The position numbers were made by a program, and so were the translations under genes. A stretch of 64,000 bases of DNA from a virus (Duplodnaviria; Caudoviricetes). The notes beneath the pieces are model-generated. The model worked only from the letters and a program-made list of their open reading frames with translations, was not told the DNA's origin and ran no database searches. Below are positions 29,319 to 39,510 of the stretch, piece by piece (the stretch's first letter is position 1; every line of letters starts with the position of its first letter). Location: IMG/VR virus record IMGVR_UViG_3300022661_000051; one strand, written 5' to 3'.

Positions 29319-30982
29319 TCAGGTGAAGTAACTTCTTCAGGAATTTCCTTACCACACTTTTCACACTTTTCTGAAGGGTAGATATACTGAATGTCGACAA
29401 TAACGTTACCATCATCGTCATACTCGCCAGGATCATACTTATCAGACTCAACCATAAGAACCTGAAGCTGATCAGAAGTGAGAGATCTGATGATAGATGC
29501 GTATGTCTTAATCTTTCTCTTAGCTGTCTTAGCCATATCGAATCTATCAGGTTTTGTATCGATAGGAATAAGCCTTCCTGAACCACGATCAATAACGTAG
29601 ATATTATCGATATATGAGATAAGAAGTAAGAAGTCAGAATACTTTGTATAGAAATCCTTATCGAGATAAGAAGGTTCGATAAGAGAATTATAAATAGATG
29701 GCTGTCTGAGAGCTACAACATAATCATCAGAGATCTGGAAAATATCTGTATTATAATCATGTGAAGATGTATTCACATTACCAGTTCTGAGAATATTGTA
29801 GTATTCTTCCTTAGTAGCATCATCCTTAAACTTAATCATATCTTCAGTGCTCTTATGACGCATAAAGATAGAAGGGCAATCATCGTCTACGCAACGATAT
29901 GTGATGATGTTAGATCTGCCGAATGTAGCCTTGTAAGCCGTGAAGAAATAATCTGAGATTGCGTCACGAGGAGTAAGCTTAGCCCACTCTTCAAATGTCT
30001 TAGGCTTATTAGCATCTTCCAGATGATTATATATAAGCTTAAACTTCTCAACGATAGCTTCAGTTGCACTGAGACCCTTGTTCTTAATAGCTTCAGGATC
30101 AAGAATTGTTGCAATTTCAACAGCACTGAACGCAGACATTCTTATAGCTCTCTTGAGAGCATATACAACACCGTCAGCCTTATTAACTTCTGCCTTTGTA
30201 ATGTGTGACAGAACCTTAGAAGCTGAAATAGGCTTATTAGCAACAACGAACTTAGTAAGATCAACCTTATCATTCAGATATGTAAAGTTCTTATCATATT
30301 CGTTCTGAATAGTGTTGATGACATCGTTCTGAATCTTCTTAGCCTCTTCGATAAGCTCAGGATCTTCGGGTTCTTCCTCTACAGGTTCTGTATCAAGAAT
30401 AGAAAGGTCTTCTCTTTCTTCATCTGATACTTCTGCAGTTTCGTTCTTAATAAATGTAGCTTTAGGAATATCATTTGTAGTTATTGTCGGCTTAGCTTTA
30501 AGAACAACGTCGTCCTCCTCATCGAAGAGATTATCGTCATCATCTTCAGGAATGGCGAGACCATTATTATCTGATATAGCAGGCTGATTCGGAATAGTTT
30601 CAGATGGAGCTACAGTATCGTCCGAATCGAGGATATCAGTATCGTCATCTTCAAGAAATTCTTTTTCAGCTCTTTCTTCTTCGCCCTTCTTAATAACCTC
30701 AAGAGATTCCTGACGAAGTCTTTCTGTTGCTTCATCAAGTGACTTGAATGCCTTGTCAACGAGAGGCTGACCGAGTCCTTCCTGTGGGATATCTGCATCT
30801 TTAGGTCTTACAACTTTTGATACGTCGACTGGTTTTACATCATTTGCCTTAAGTTTAGGAAGAGGAGCAGAAATAGGTCTTGCTCCTGGCGGGAGTTCAT
30901 GATTTACTGATGGAGCTGCTGTAGGAATAGCTCCATTTGAAAGGTCTGATAATGAAACATTGTTATTTTCGATATTTGACAT
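29261..30982 (-). CDS. baseplate hub / tail assembly chaperone (T4 gp26-like) with acidic N-terminal extension
   Basis: YKATFG..ITYRC..C, VALRQPS, CEKCG, PEAMLFT; adjacent to the gp25-like gene. Confidence 0.6.
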   Translation of the reverse strand: MSNIENNNVSLSDLSNGAIPTAAPSVNHELPPGARPISAPLPKLKANDVKPVDVSKVVRPKDADIPQEGLGQPLVDKAFKSLDEATERLRQESLEVIKKGEEERAEKEFLEDDDTDILDSDDTVAPSETIPNQPAISDNNGLAIPEDDDDNLFDEEDDVVLKAKPTITTNDIPKATFIKNETAEVSDEEREDLSILDTEPVEEEPEDPELIEEAKKIQNDVINTIQNEYDKNFTYLNDKVDLTKFVVANKPISASKVLSHITKAEVNKADGVVYALKRAIRMSAFSAVEIATILDPEAIKNKGLSATEAIVEKFKLIYNHLEDANKPKTFEEWAKLTPRDAISDYFFTAYKATFGRSNIITYRCVDDDCPSIFMRHKSTEDMIKFKDDATKEEYYNILRTGNVNTSSHDYNTDIFQISDDYVVALRQPSIYNSLIEPSYLDKDFYTKYSDFLLLISYIDNIYVIDRGSGRLIPIDTKPDRFDMAKTAKRKIKTYASIIRSLTSDQLQVLMVESDKYDPGEYDDDGNVIVDIQYIYPSEKCEKCGKEIPEEVTSPEAMLFTRHQLGRYYQISKK

Positions 30983-30996
30983 TTAGGGTTCCTCCT

Positions 30997-31398
30997 TTAA
31001 TTTTTAATATCTTCTAAGACTTTACCCGTCTCAGTATTGATAGGTATAACAGCACTTAACTGGTCAGATGTGATAAAGATTCGAAGGGCTTTCGCATCGT
31101 TATCTATTTCACAAGCAACCTTAACGTTAGTGAACTGTGGTAAATATGTATTAATTTGATTAGATATGCGAGACGTTAGATCATTCATATCTACATCAAT
31201 CGTATATCGGAATTTAGATACAATTCCAACACCACAATCAGGATGAGTCTGGATAGTTCCAGGCTCTAATAATATAAGACGGAGAATTTTCATAATAGCA
31301 GCATCTGTACCTTTTAATACGACCGGCTTATATGTCTTATTTATTGTCATAAGCGGTTCATCCGATTCAAGTACATATTTATACTGATCTGCTGGCAT
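30997..31398 (-). CDS. baseplate wedge protein, T4 gp25-like
   Basis: LILLEPGTIQTHPDCGVGI...ISNQINTYLP; late-type motif at 31429-31441. Confidence 0.75.
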   Translation of the reverse strand: MPADQYKYVLESDEPLMTINKTYKPVVLKGTDAAIMKILRLILLEPGTIQTHPDCGVGIVSKFRYTIDVDMNDLTSRISNQINTYLPQFTNVKVACEIDNDAKALRIFITSDQLSAVIPINTETGKVLEDIKN

Positions 31399-31503
31399 AT
31401 ATTCTCACACTCCTTTATATAGATTACATTACTAAGTAGTTTAGTATATTAAAAAATACTTAAAAAAATAAAGGGTACTTTAAAGTACCCTTTATTATAA
31501 TTA

Positions 31504-31968
31504 TTAATTATCTAATTCATCGTTAGATACGGCAAAGCCTAATCCGTTCTCTATTGTTACTATCATAATGTCAATAATTTCTCTATCCTTGAACAGTGCG
31601 GCTGTGTACTTTGGAACAACCAATGCTGAAAAAACATATTCGGTTTCATCTGGTTTTTCAAAATGAATTTCAAATGAATTATAAATTTCTGACGGCTTGG
31701 TACCGTTATCTATTAATTCTGTTGATAACTCTAGTAAAGTACTAAAAGGAATGATTCCATAATCACCTCGGGGAGATACACTTATTGTATATCCTTCTTC
31801 GCTAAATATAATAGCTGTTGTTTCATTTTTGTTCATTACACTGCCCAGACCTTTTTCAAAACAGAGTAGTAATTTCTCAGTTATAATATCTGAATATTTT
31901 TGGAATATATCCTTAAATTCCTGTAAAGATATTTTCTTCTCAATATTTTTCATAGTAATACAACGCAT
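31504..31968 (-). CDS. hypothetical protein
   Basis: 154 aa ORF with SD. Confidence 0.65.
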   Translation of the reverse strand: MRCITMKNIEKKISLQEFKDIFQKYSDIITEKLLLCFEKGLGSVMNKNETTAIIFSEEGYTISVSPRGDYGIIPFSTLLELSTELIDNGTKPSEIYNSFEIHFEKPDETEYVFSALVVPKYTAALFKDREIIDIMIVTIENGLGFAVSNDELDN

Positions 31969-31974
31969 AATACA

Positions 31975-33027
31975 CTATCCTCCTATTCGACGTAAGCATA
32001 TTGACGAATCGATTATTCTTTGTACTGGAACTCCAAAGTCTTTTTCATTTTGATAAGTGTTCCTGTGTAAATAAAAACTAAATCGAAACGGACTAAGATA
32101 CTTAACCACATCTTCAATTTTATAATTCGGAACGTCTTTATCTACATAGAAATGTACATCTCCCTTTGTGATTCCGTAATTCACAATAAGAAATTCTACT
32201 ATTGAGCAATATGCTTTACCTTTACCTGCAACATATATGCTGTTATACTTCTTGGGTGAGCTATTAAAAATACCCAAAATATCAAAAGATCCCTCTGCTA
32301 CATGAATAGATACATGCTCAGATACATCTAATTGTGTGGGTATAATATAATAGTCATTCGCTATAACGTTTTGAAATATGTTATAGTTAACATACTTACT
32401 TCGTAAGTTCTTTGGAAGCTTCTCGAGCCTCTCTGGTCGATTCTTATCAAATAATAGGTTACGCATCGCTATTACAGAATTAGCTCGACCTAAGAATCCA
32501 ATAAAGTAGTTGTTTAACATATCAGAATCAAGTTGAGATCTTGTAGTGTACTTGATCCCATTATTCTGAAGAATATCATAGAGATTAAGAACAATCTTAA
32601 GATTGTTACAATCTTGTATTGTAAGATTCGTACCTAATCTCTTATTGACATATTCGAGCTTCTTTCTAGTTACTGGCGAGTCATTGTTTATACATCTTAT
32701 ATTATAAACAGTATCACCTGTTCTAGAATATACCCTATAAGAAGAACCCTTATTCGCAGATGAGAGTTCTTTAATAGTCTGAGGATCTAAGTTGATCCCA
32801 TTGTAGGACTCGAAAAATTTCTGTCCTACTACTCCACTGTTTCCACACTTGAAACAGTTATAGTAAACAGGTTCATCGCTATTTTCAAACGAACCAATGT
32901 ACAGATGTTGTTTCATATCTGTACATCCAGGTAAATGGCAGCGACAGACGATTTGACGTCCAGCACTGCCTTCTTTAGCATTATCTAAAGATGCGAGAAG
33001 AAAAGACTTAAGTTCTTGTCTTGTCAT
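31975..33027 (-). CDS. DNA primase (Zn finger plus TOPRIM)
   Basis: CRCHLPGC..YNCFKCGNSG; TOPRIM HVAEGSFDIL, FYVDKD, EKDFG. Confidence 0.85.
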   Translation of the reverse strand: MTRQELKSFLLASLDNAKEGSAGRQIVCRCHLPGCTDMKQHLYIGSFENSDEPVYYNCFKCGNSGVVGQKFFESYNGINLDPQTIKELSSANKGSSYRVYSRTGDTVYNIRCINNDSPVTRKKLEYVNKRLGTNLTIQDCNNLKIVLNLYDILQNNGIKYTTRSQLDSDMLNNYFIGFLGRANSVIAMRNLLFDKNRPERLEKLPKNLRSKYVNYNIFQNVIANDYYIIPTQLDVSEHVSIHVAEGSFDILGIFNSSPKKYNSIYVAGKGKAYCSIVEFLIVNYGITKGDVHFYVDKDVPNYKIEDVVKYLSPFRFSFYLHRNTYQNEKDFGVPVQRIIDSSICLRRIGG

Positions 33028-33604
33028 TTTCCATTCTCCTTTTCTTTAAAGTGCTATAATAGATAACAATGTAGAAGAAGTTATCTACACAGTTACCAAG
33101 TACAGCAATCCAGATCATTATTATTATATTATCAAGATTTAGTATCATTGCGATACACGATCCGATTATTGTAGAAAGAGCAGATGCTGAATTTATATTA
33201 TTACCAAACTGCTCTCTAATCGTTTCGTTATTATATCGTATCGCTACCAATTTATTATATCCACAACAGATATTTCTTGCTATCGTTGCAAATATAACAG
33301 TGTCTAATATATAGTATAGTGCAATGTTATGATTGAAACTTATTAAAGTTGCCAAGCTAACATTAAGTATTACTTCTGCCATGCATAGTATAGGGTAAAA
33401 TTTAAATATTTTTTCGGAAGCCTTATTCCAAAGGCTTCCGAAAATTATTATGCTTATACAATTGACGATCTGATTAATAGCCAACCAGTTATCAGATACT
33501 GTTGATACTACAATCTTATGAATGTAGGGATAAGTTGCGGAGTAAAATACTCCGCAGATAAATGTTGCGAGAATAATACCATCAATTTTTCTTTTCATAA
33601 ACAT
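33008..33604 (-). CDS. multi-pass membrane protein (half-MFS-like)
   Basis: About six hydrophobic segments in 198 aa. Confidence 0.6.
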   Translation of the reverse strand: MFMKRKIDGIILATFICGVFYSATYPYIHKIVVSTVSDNWLAINQIVNCISIIIFGSLWNKASEKIFKFYPILCMAEVILNVSLATLISFNHNIALYYILDTVIFATIARNICCGYNKLVAIRYNNETIREQFGNNINSASALSTIIGSCIAMILNLDNIIIMIWIAVLGNCVDNFFYIVIYYSTLKKRRMENDKTRT

Positions 33605-33606
33605 CT

Positions 33607-33861
33607 CTATCCTTTATAGTCAATGATTTCTCTCTTTTTAATAGAAATTTCGTACCCCAAAGATTCTGCATACATTATCAGACTTCTCATAGTGTACGAA
33701 TTCTCTCCAGATTCAATATTAGATATTGTAGCGGCAGAGAGTCCACTACGTTCAGCAACGTCCTTTTGAGTCAACCCTCGAGAACGTCTTATATCTGCAA
33801 GTTTCATTCGAATGAACTTATCTTGCAGAAACGTTTCAGTGTTGTTTAGTTTTCTGCTCAT
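33607..33861 (-). CDS. XRE-family HTH protein
   Basis: LADIRRSRGLTQKDVAERSGLSAATISNIESG. Confidence 0.9.
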   Translation of the reverse strand: MSRKLNNTETFLQDKFIRMKLADIRRSRGLTQKDVAERSGLSAATISNIESGENSYTMRSLIMYAESLGYEISIKKREIIDYKG

Positions 33862-34928
33862 TATTCATCCTCCTCTTCAGCAAGTTGCATATCTTCCCAA
33901 AGCTTTTCGGATATTGGAATTATTAATGTTTTACCATATATTTTGGCTACGCTTTTATCATCTGTGATTCTAAAGAATCCTTTAATGATATCGATACATT
34001 CATCCATGTTATTCTTGATATAATCAGAATGTGGTAATGGAGTAATGTCCATAGTATTATTGGAATTGATCTTAAACAATATTGCTCGATCAAAATCCAC
34101 CCGACCGACAGAGCCTTTTATTATATTATAGACATCTTTGGAAGTTAAACTGGATAAATTATTATCGTTATATGTCATGATAGTCTTGACAATATCAAAA
34201 ATACCATATCCTAATCTGTCGCTTCTAAAATGACTAATATGATTAGCGATATCATCATGTATCTCTTCTCCGGTACGAAAAGATAATTCATCCCCACTAA
34301 GGTCAAGCTCTTCGAAATAATAGTGGTTAATCATCGCAGTGACGGTAGATATAGCGTTAGAGATCGATCCGAAGTCCTTATCTATATCAACCGTTTTAAC
34401 TTTTGATGGCGATGTACTACTATTAAACTTTTCGAGCTTATCTTTCAAAGCTAAAGTATTTTTGAATTCTTTGTTATATATTCTCTTTAAAGTGGAAGAC
34501 TCATTCTGATTATGAATAGAAAGGGATATTCTACATAATAAAGAATCCATTGAATGATCGAAAGCGCTTTTAATATCCTTAATAAACGCCTTATCTTTTA
34601 GTGCTTCTTCTGGATGGGCCAAGATTGAATCGATAACGCTCTTCATATTTTCAACGATATCAATATCGACAGCATCAAAAAGTGAGTTGTTTGCATTTCT
34701 CAGGATAATCATATCTTTCATATCCTGACAATCGGAATATGGGGTGAGGAGTTTTGTTGGACATTCGAATGTTACATTTGTATTATTTGAAGTTACAACG
34801 TAAAGATCTTTGCGCAGCTTCTTAACTACAGTAACGATATATGTATCGTATATATCGCTCTCTCCGAAAACATCGAAGAAACATCTGTCTCCTGGTTTAA
34901 AAACATTGTTCATTTGTACAACCTCCAA
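33861..34928 (-). CDS. hypothetical protein (N-terminal SH3/KOW-like)
   Basis: FKPGDRC..VVKK..YVV; probable true start is the ATG after GGAGG. Confidence 0.6.
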   Translation of the reverse strand: MEVVQMNNVFKPGDRCFFDVFGESDIYDTYIVTVVKKLRKDLYVVTSNNTNVTFECPTKLLTPYSDCQDMKDMIILRNANNSLFDAVDIDIVENMKSVIDSILAHPEEALKDKAFIKDIKSAFDHSMDSLLCRISLSIHNQNESSTLKRIYNKEFKNTLALKDKLEKFNSSTSPSKVKTVDIDKDFGSISNAISTVTAMINHYYFEELDLSGDELSFRTGEEIHDDIANHISHFRSDRLGYGIFDIVKTIMTYNDNNLSSLTSKDVYNIIKGSVGRVDFDRAILFKINSNNTMDITPLPHSDYIKNNMDECIDIIKGFFRITDDKSVAKIYGKTLIIPISEKLWEDMQLAEEEDE

Positions 34929-34973
34929 AAAAGTATAAGATACCCCGATAGACTTTCATCTATCGGGATAAAT

Positions 34974-36536
34974 TTATATGATAGACAAGAACATTAAGAA
35001 CTCGTCAATGATGAAATCCGACATCGGTCTGATAGGCATCCCGTTTATAGAAGCATCGTCATAGTCTATAGCCTCAAAATCAGATGATAAGATAATGGCT
35101 ATAACACTATGTATATGCTTCTCATTCTTTTCAGAAGGATACTTACTTCTGACCGCTTCATAATACTGACTATTCTCGATTTTATTCATTTCTTTTTTAT
35201 TGATCGAGTTTCTAGTCACGTATTTCATAAGTCTTCCGGAAATGATATATGGTAAGACTATCATTCCCTGTTTTAATAATTGCCGTTTTGCGGCAATCAT
35301 TAAAATAATATAATCTCGCGAAGTTATATTTTTCATCGTGATTGGATCACCAAATTCTTTGGCGAATAAACACGTTATCAATTGAAGCTGGAATTGAGTT
35401 ATGATTGGTTTTCCATGTTTCGATAACTCTTCAGCATAGAAATTAATCTCTTTTTCAGAGAATGGACCATATCTGTCAATGATATCTTCCAATATAATTC
35501 TACAAGAAGTTTCATTTTGCAGATACAGGGCTTCGTTTGTCTTTATCATTGTAGCTTCGTATTTATCAAATTGTGAAGTGTTATCTTCACCATCTCGTTT
35601 TGAAGCTGATAATGATACGAAATCATATTCGTATTCGATTGCGGTTACTGAATAACCAAGCATCTTTCTCGTAGCTGCGAGGTTATACATAATGATATTT
35701 TCGTTATACTTATACTTAGGCATAACCTGTATAATGATAGTATCAATAATACTGTGAATACTAGTCATAGGATCTATTCCGCGTATCGCAGACATTGACC
35801 ACAATTGACTGTTTTTCTTCACATCGTTAGCTACAGTTGTAGAAACGGTTTCATATAACTTAAGATATATATTTACACCTGGAACGAGATCGAAGAGATA
35901 TCTATATATCTCAAGAAGAAACGACTCTACGTTCGAGGTGTATCTGTTTACGTGTAGAAAATGCATGATTAATGGTATCATCATATTCTGAAATACACTA
36001 ACCATCATAAAGAACTTAGCATGCTCATCATTATATTGAAGAGCTTCGTTCACTTTGTTCTTATATTTAAGCTCAAGATGATATTCTTCATCAGTCATCG
36101 TCTTGACTTTGTTTATCATACTTTCAGACAAGATATGTTTTCGTATGTCGTAGATAAACATGTCTTTAGAATAAGGGTATACATTTCCTTGTTTATCCCT
36201 CATACCAAAGTCAATCATATACTTCATTCGATAATAGATCAACAGAAGTTCATTATCTATATCGAAATACTTTTCGAAGAAGTTAAGGTACTGACATATA
36301 TGCATCTTAACTTCTGGTGAATTGTAACATCTTTTGGATGATACTAATATGAAGCTGTCGAAGGCTCTCGTTTCGTCCTCTGACATGTTTAAATTATAGT
36401 ATTTTGCTACCGGTAATTGTATAGCGGTTTTTGTCATCTGGAATATATCATCTTTTTGGTTTATCGGCAACCAATCATCTATATTCGCATATTTCTTGTT
36501 TGTATCCGGTTCAAAATGATTAAATAAATTAACCAT
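34974..36536 (-). CDS. candidate non-virion RNAP promoter-specificity (sigma-like) subunit, phiKZ gp68 / AR9 gp226 type
   Basis: About 520 aa, helical; start moved to the ATG after AAGGAGG. YNDEHAKFFMMVSVFQNMMIPLI recalls that family; first gene after the early motif at 36572-36579. Confidence 0.45.
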   Translation of the reverse strand: MVNLFNHFEPDTNKKYANIDDWLPINQKDDIFQMTKTAIQLPVAKYYNLNMSEDETRAFDSFILVSSKRCYNSPEVKMHICQYLNFFEKYFDIDNELLLIYYRMKYMIDFGMRDKQGNVYPYSKDMFIYDIRKHILSESMINKVKTMTDEEYHLELKYKNKVNEALQYNDEHAKFFMMVSVFQNMMIPLIMHFLHVNRYTSNVESFLLEIYRYLFDLVPGVNIYLKLYETVSTTVANDVKKNSQLWSMSAIRGIDPMTSIHSIIDTIIIQVMPKYKYNENIIMYNLAATRKMLGYSVTAIEYEYDFVSLSASKRDGEDNTSQFDKYEATMIKTNEALYLQNETSCRIILEDIIDRYGPFSEKEINFYAEELSKHGKPIITQFQLQLITCLFAKEFGDPITMKNITSRDYIILMIAAKRQLLKQGMIVLPYIISGRLMKYVTRNSINKKEMNKIENSQYYEAVRSKYPSEKNEKHIHSVIAIILSSDFEAIDYDDASINGMPIRPMSDFIIDEFLMFLSII

Positions 36537-36584
36537 GGGTATTTTGACCTCCTTTGTCATTAGTCGCTACTATAATATATAAAC

Positions 36585-37376
36585 TTAAATCTTTTTAGAT
36601 CTTTTTACAGTTGGCGACTTCTTAATTGAGCTTGTTTTAGGCATTATACGTTTCGTTAATTTCGCAATAGATGGAGGATTACTAATACCTCCTGTAAAAT
36701 TGAAAGATTTTGATACTTTATTGGCTTCTTTTCTTTCAGTTTCTTTTTCACCCTTTAATTCTCGTACACGTTTATCTCTACTAGCCTCTTTATTATCGAA
36801 GCTCATAACGTCTCTCATTATAGTACTGAGACCGCCGCTTTGAATCTTTCGAGATAAGACAGCTTTATCGAAAAGATTATCTCTTTTCATTACAAGATAT
36901 GCAAAATAAATATTCTTTACATATCCTACAGAATTATCAGGATTTCGAATTTTCGCCTTTGTTATTAAAGCTCTTAAGTTAATCTTCTTTTCAAATTGAG
37001 TGATTAGGAGCCCATGGGTTTTATATGCATATGCATAAGTATAAACAAAGCTTGGATCGTTAGAGAAGAATCGAACTGTATAATTTCTAAGATCCCCGCT
37101 TGATACACCTTCAGAAGTTGGAGCTGTAAACTCGACTACAGTTTCATATGTAAAGCCCTGTACAGACTCTGAAGGAATAAAAAATAAAATGTAGAATATC
37201 TTACCATCATTGCTACGAACACACTTATATTTAACAGGTCCGTTCTTTTCAGTAAGCTGGCTAAGTTTAGCCTGATAAATTGAATCGGATGAAGAACGTG
37301 CGGTAGTATTTACCGCACTACCTTTTCCCGACGGGTTGTTAATATACTCATCAAAAGTATATGTTATTCTTGACAT
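36585..37376 (-). CDS. basic hypothetical protein, SWIM-like fold lacking Cys ligands
   Basis: IPSES..YETVVEF..VRFFSNDPSFVYTYAY..RNP; late-type motif at 37405-37417. Confidence 0.5.
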   Translation of the reverse strand: MSRITYTFDEYINNPSGKGSAVNTTARSSSDSIYQAKLSQLTEKNGPVKYKCVRSNDGKIFYILFFIPSESVQGFTYETVVEFTAPTSEGVSSGDLRNYTVRFFSNDPSFVYTYAYAYKTHGLLITQFEKKINLRALITKAKIRNPDNSVGYVKNIYFAYLVMKRDNLFDKAVLSRKIQSGGLSTIMRDVMSFDNKEASRDKRVRELKGEKETERKEANKVSKSFNFTGGISNPPSIAKLTKRIMPKTSSIKKSPTVKRSKKI

Positions 37377-37474
37377 ATAATATTGCCACCTCCAACGGTA
37401 ATATTTATAATTAAGTTCTTGAGGGTGTGAAATTCAAAAAAATAAAACGGATGTAGAGTCCGTTTATTTTTTGA

Positions 37475-37627
37475 TTATCTGGAGATAATGAAGTCATTAT
37501 CTTCGATAATCTTCTCGACCTGCCCGAGATCCTCGTCGGGCAGAATCCCCATTAATAACTCGCTCATGAGAGCGAGTTCCTGGTCACTTAAGTGATCAGG
37601 AAGATCCTGAATGGAACGGATAACCAT
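37475..37627 (-). CDS. 50-aa acidic protein with a hairpin-tiled coding sequence (not in ORF track)
   Basis: AAAGGAGG SD; MVIRSIQDLPDHLSDQELALMSELLMGILPDEDLGQVEKIIEDNDFIISR*; own terminator and early-like motif. Confidence 0.65.
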   Translation of the reverse strand: MVIRSIQDLPDHLSDQELALMSELLMGILPDEDLGQVEKIIEDNDFIISR

Positions 37628-37758
37628 ATGTATTTTCCTCCTTTAAAATTATTAAGGACACTATACCAAATGTCCTTATTCACTATAATTATATATAATC
37701 AAAAACTTAAAGTTTTACAAAATAATGGAGTAGGGAAATTCCCTACTCCGAATATATA

Positions 37759-39462
37759 TTAATAGTTATTGATATTGAGTGTAGGAAGCATGAACTGGTT
37801 AGCTGTCGCCATAAGTGTGATAATCTTTGAAATAGTGTCAAGAGTATAGATATCAGTATCGATACTTGAAAGTACCTTCTTGTCATATTCCTTAGTTATA
37901 AGATTAAGAGGACAGCCCTGTCTTCCAGACTCAACAACAACATCCTTAGCAGGCTGTTCTTCAAGGCCAGAACTCATATAGAGAAGAGTTGCAAGCTCGA
38001 AGAATGAATTGTATATAATACGATGCATATCGTTTTCATTCTTAAATTCAGCCGATGCGATAAGACCTTCATAGTTCGCTCCGTAGCCAACACCAGATGC
38101 AACTGCAGAACGACAGTTAAGAACAGCGTCTTCCATAAGATCTCTTGCCTGATCTCTGTCTGCAACTGTTACGCCACCGACAAATACTTCAACCATATTA
38201 CCATCAAGAGAGTTGAGTCTCTTCTTGAGCTCGTAGATTTCTTTACTGTTTTCTCCTTCAGCTTCAGCCTTAGCAATTTCCGCATTAAGCCAACTGATTG
38301 TCTGACGATACTTGTCAGAATGTTCGCCGTTTTCATTGTACATTTCAGCAGGACTCATAACTGTTGTCTTTGAAAAGTCTGAAACTATTCGAGCTGCAGA
38401 GCCGGCCATTTTATGAACACTTGAAGGGTTCTTATAATCTACAGCAAGACCAAGCTGAATATCAGATTCCTGCATCTCAGGATCGATATATTTCTTAATC
38501 ATCTTGCATCCGCAGAATGAACAAATGTCTGCATATGCGGTCATATCAGAAGGAGCGATATTTGTAACGATAAGAAGAGGCGGCTTTGTATTATCCTTAC
38601 ACTGAGCAAGCATCTCGACAATTGAATCGATATATCCAGAACAGTCTCTTGAGAACTTAGGCGCAAAAATAACTGTAGGAACAAAGTCGCCAGACTTATT
38701 GCGAATAGGTTCAACGATGTTATCATTGATAATAGCGTCAAAAATAGAAGCCATTTCAGGCGTATCGATAGGATCTTCGAATGCATAAATTAAAGGAGAT
38801 GGAATAGTACATGTATTGTCGGCCGTATTGTTCACAAGGACCGTATCCATATAACCACATTCCATAACCATGCCGTTGATTTCCTTGACGAAGGACTGGC
38901 CGTTGGTAGATGCCTTTACATCAATATATACATTTTTACCGTATTCATTAAAGATCTGATAAAGCTGATCTGCAAGATTCTTATCACCATTTGTAGAGAT
39001 GAGACAGATATTATAAAGATCATCGATTGTCGCTTCTGTAGCACGTGAAGCAATCTTGTCTTTAATATTTTCAACCGCTTCTTTGAAACTTCTTACAATA
39101 GAAACAGGTGTAATATTAGGATTTCTCTTTTCGTAAGCAACAAGATTCTTGAATATGATAGCTGAAAGAATTGTGATTGAAGTTGTAGAGTCCCCAACCT
39201 TAATAGCCTGACGACGAGTCTGAGCTTCAACATCTTCAAGTACAGAACGTTCGATAGCTCCGCCGAACTGAATGCTTGAAAGAATTGTATGACCATCCTT
39301 GGTATATCTAGGAAGTCCTCCGTCTTTAGATATTACAGTATTAGAACCGAAAGGTCCGAAAGAACAAAGAAGAGCATTTTTAAGATATTCCATAGTATTA
39401 ACCTGGACTGTTCTTAATGTTTCCTTATTCACAATATTGCTTGTAATGTTTGAGTTTGACAT
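37759..39462 (-). CDS. groEL: phage chaperonin, GroEL-like
   Basis: SFGPFGSN, TKDGHTIL, VGDSTTS, ISTNGD, EDAVLNCRSA. Confidence 0.92.
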   Translation of the reverse strand: MSNSNITSNIVNKETLRTVQVNTMEYLKNALLCSFGPFGSNTVISKDGGLPRYTKDGHTILSSIQFGGAIERSVLEDVEAQTRRQAIKVGDSTTSITILSAIIFKNLVAYEKRNPNITPVSIVRSFKEAVENIKDKIASRATEATIDDLYNICLISTNGDKNLADQLYQIFNEYGKNVYIDVKASTNGQSFVKEINGMVMECGYMDTVLVNNTADNTCTIPSPLIYAFEDPIDTPEMASIFDAIINDNIVEPIRNKSGDFVPTVIFAPKFSRDCSGYIDSIVEMLAQCKDNTKPPLLIVTNIAPSDMTAYADICSFCGCKMIKKYIDPEMQESDIQLGLAVDYKNPSSVHKMAGSAARIVSDFSKTTVMSPAEMYNENGEHSDKYRQTISWLNAEIAKAEAEGENSKEIYELKKRLNSLDGNMVEVFVGGVTVADRDQARDLMEDAVLNCRSAVASGVGYGANYEGLIASAEFKNENDMHRIIYNSFFELATLLYMSSGLEEQPAKDVVVESGRQGCPLNLITKEYDKKVLSSIDTDIYTLDTISKIITLMATANQFMLPTLNINNY

Positions 39463-39510
39463 TTAAGATTCCTCCTTATATTTGTTTATTAATAGGTTAT
39501 TTCGTTATTT

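Noticed and set aside
29197-29592. 131-aa same-strand ORF overlapping the chaperone end
   Set aside because: No SD and no recognisable motif; the -1 frame 29079..29318 fits gene packing and chaperone motifs better
1256-39462. Bacterial chromosome origin (rpoC, groEL, nrdDG, rnhA)
   Set aside because: RNAP genes are split, duplicated and highly diverged, and are mixed with terminase, baseplate and fibre genes
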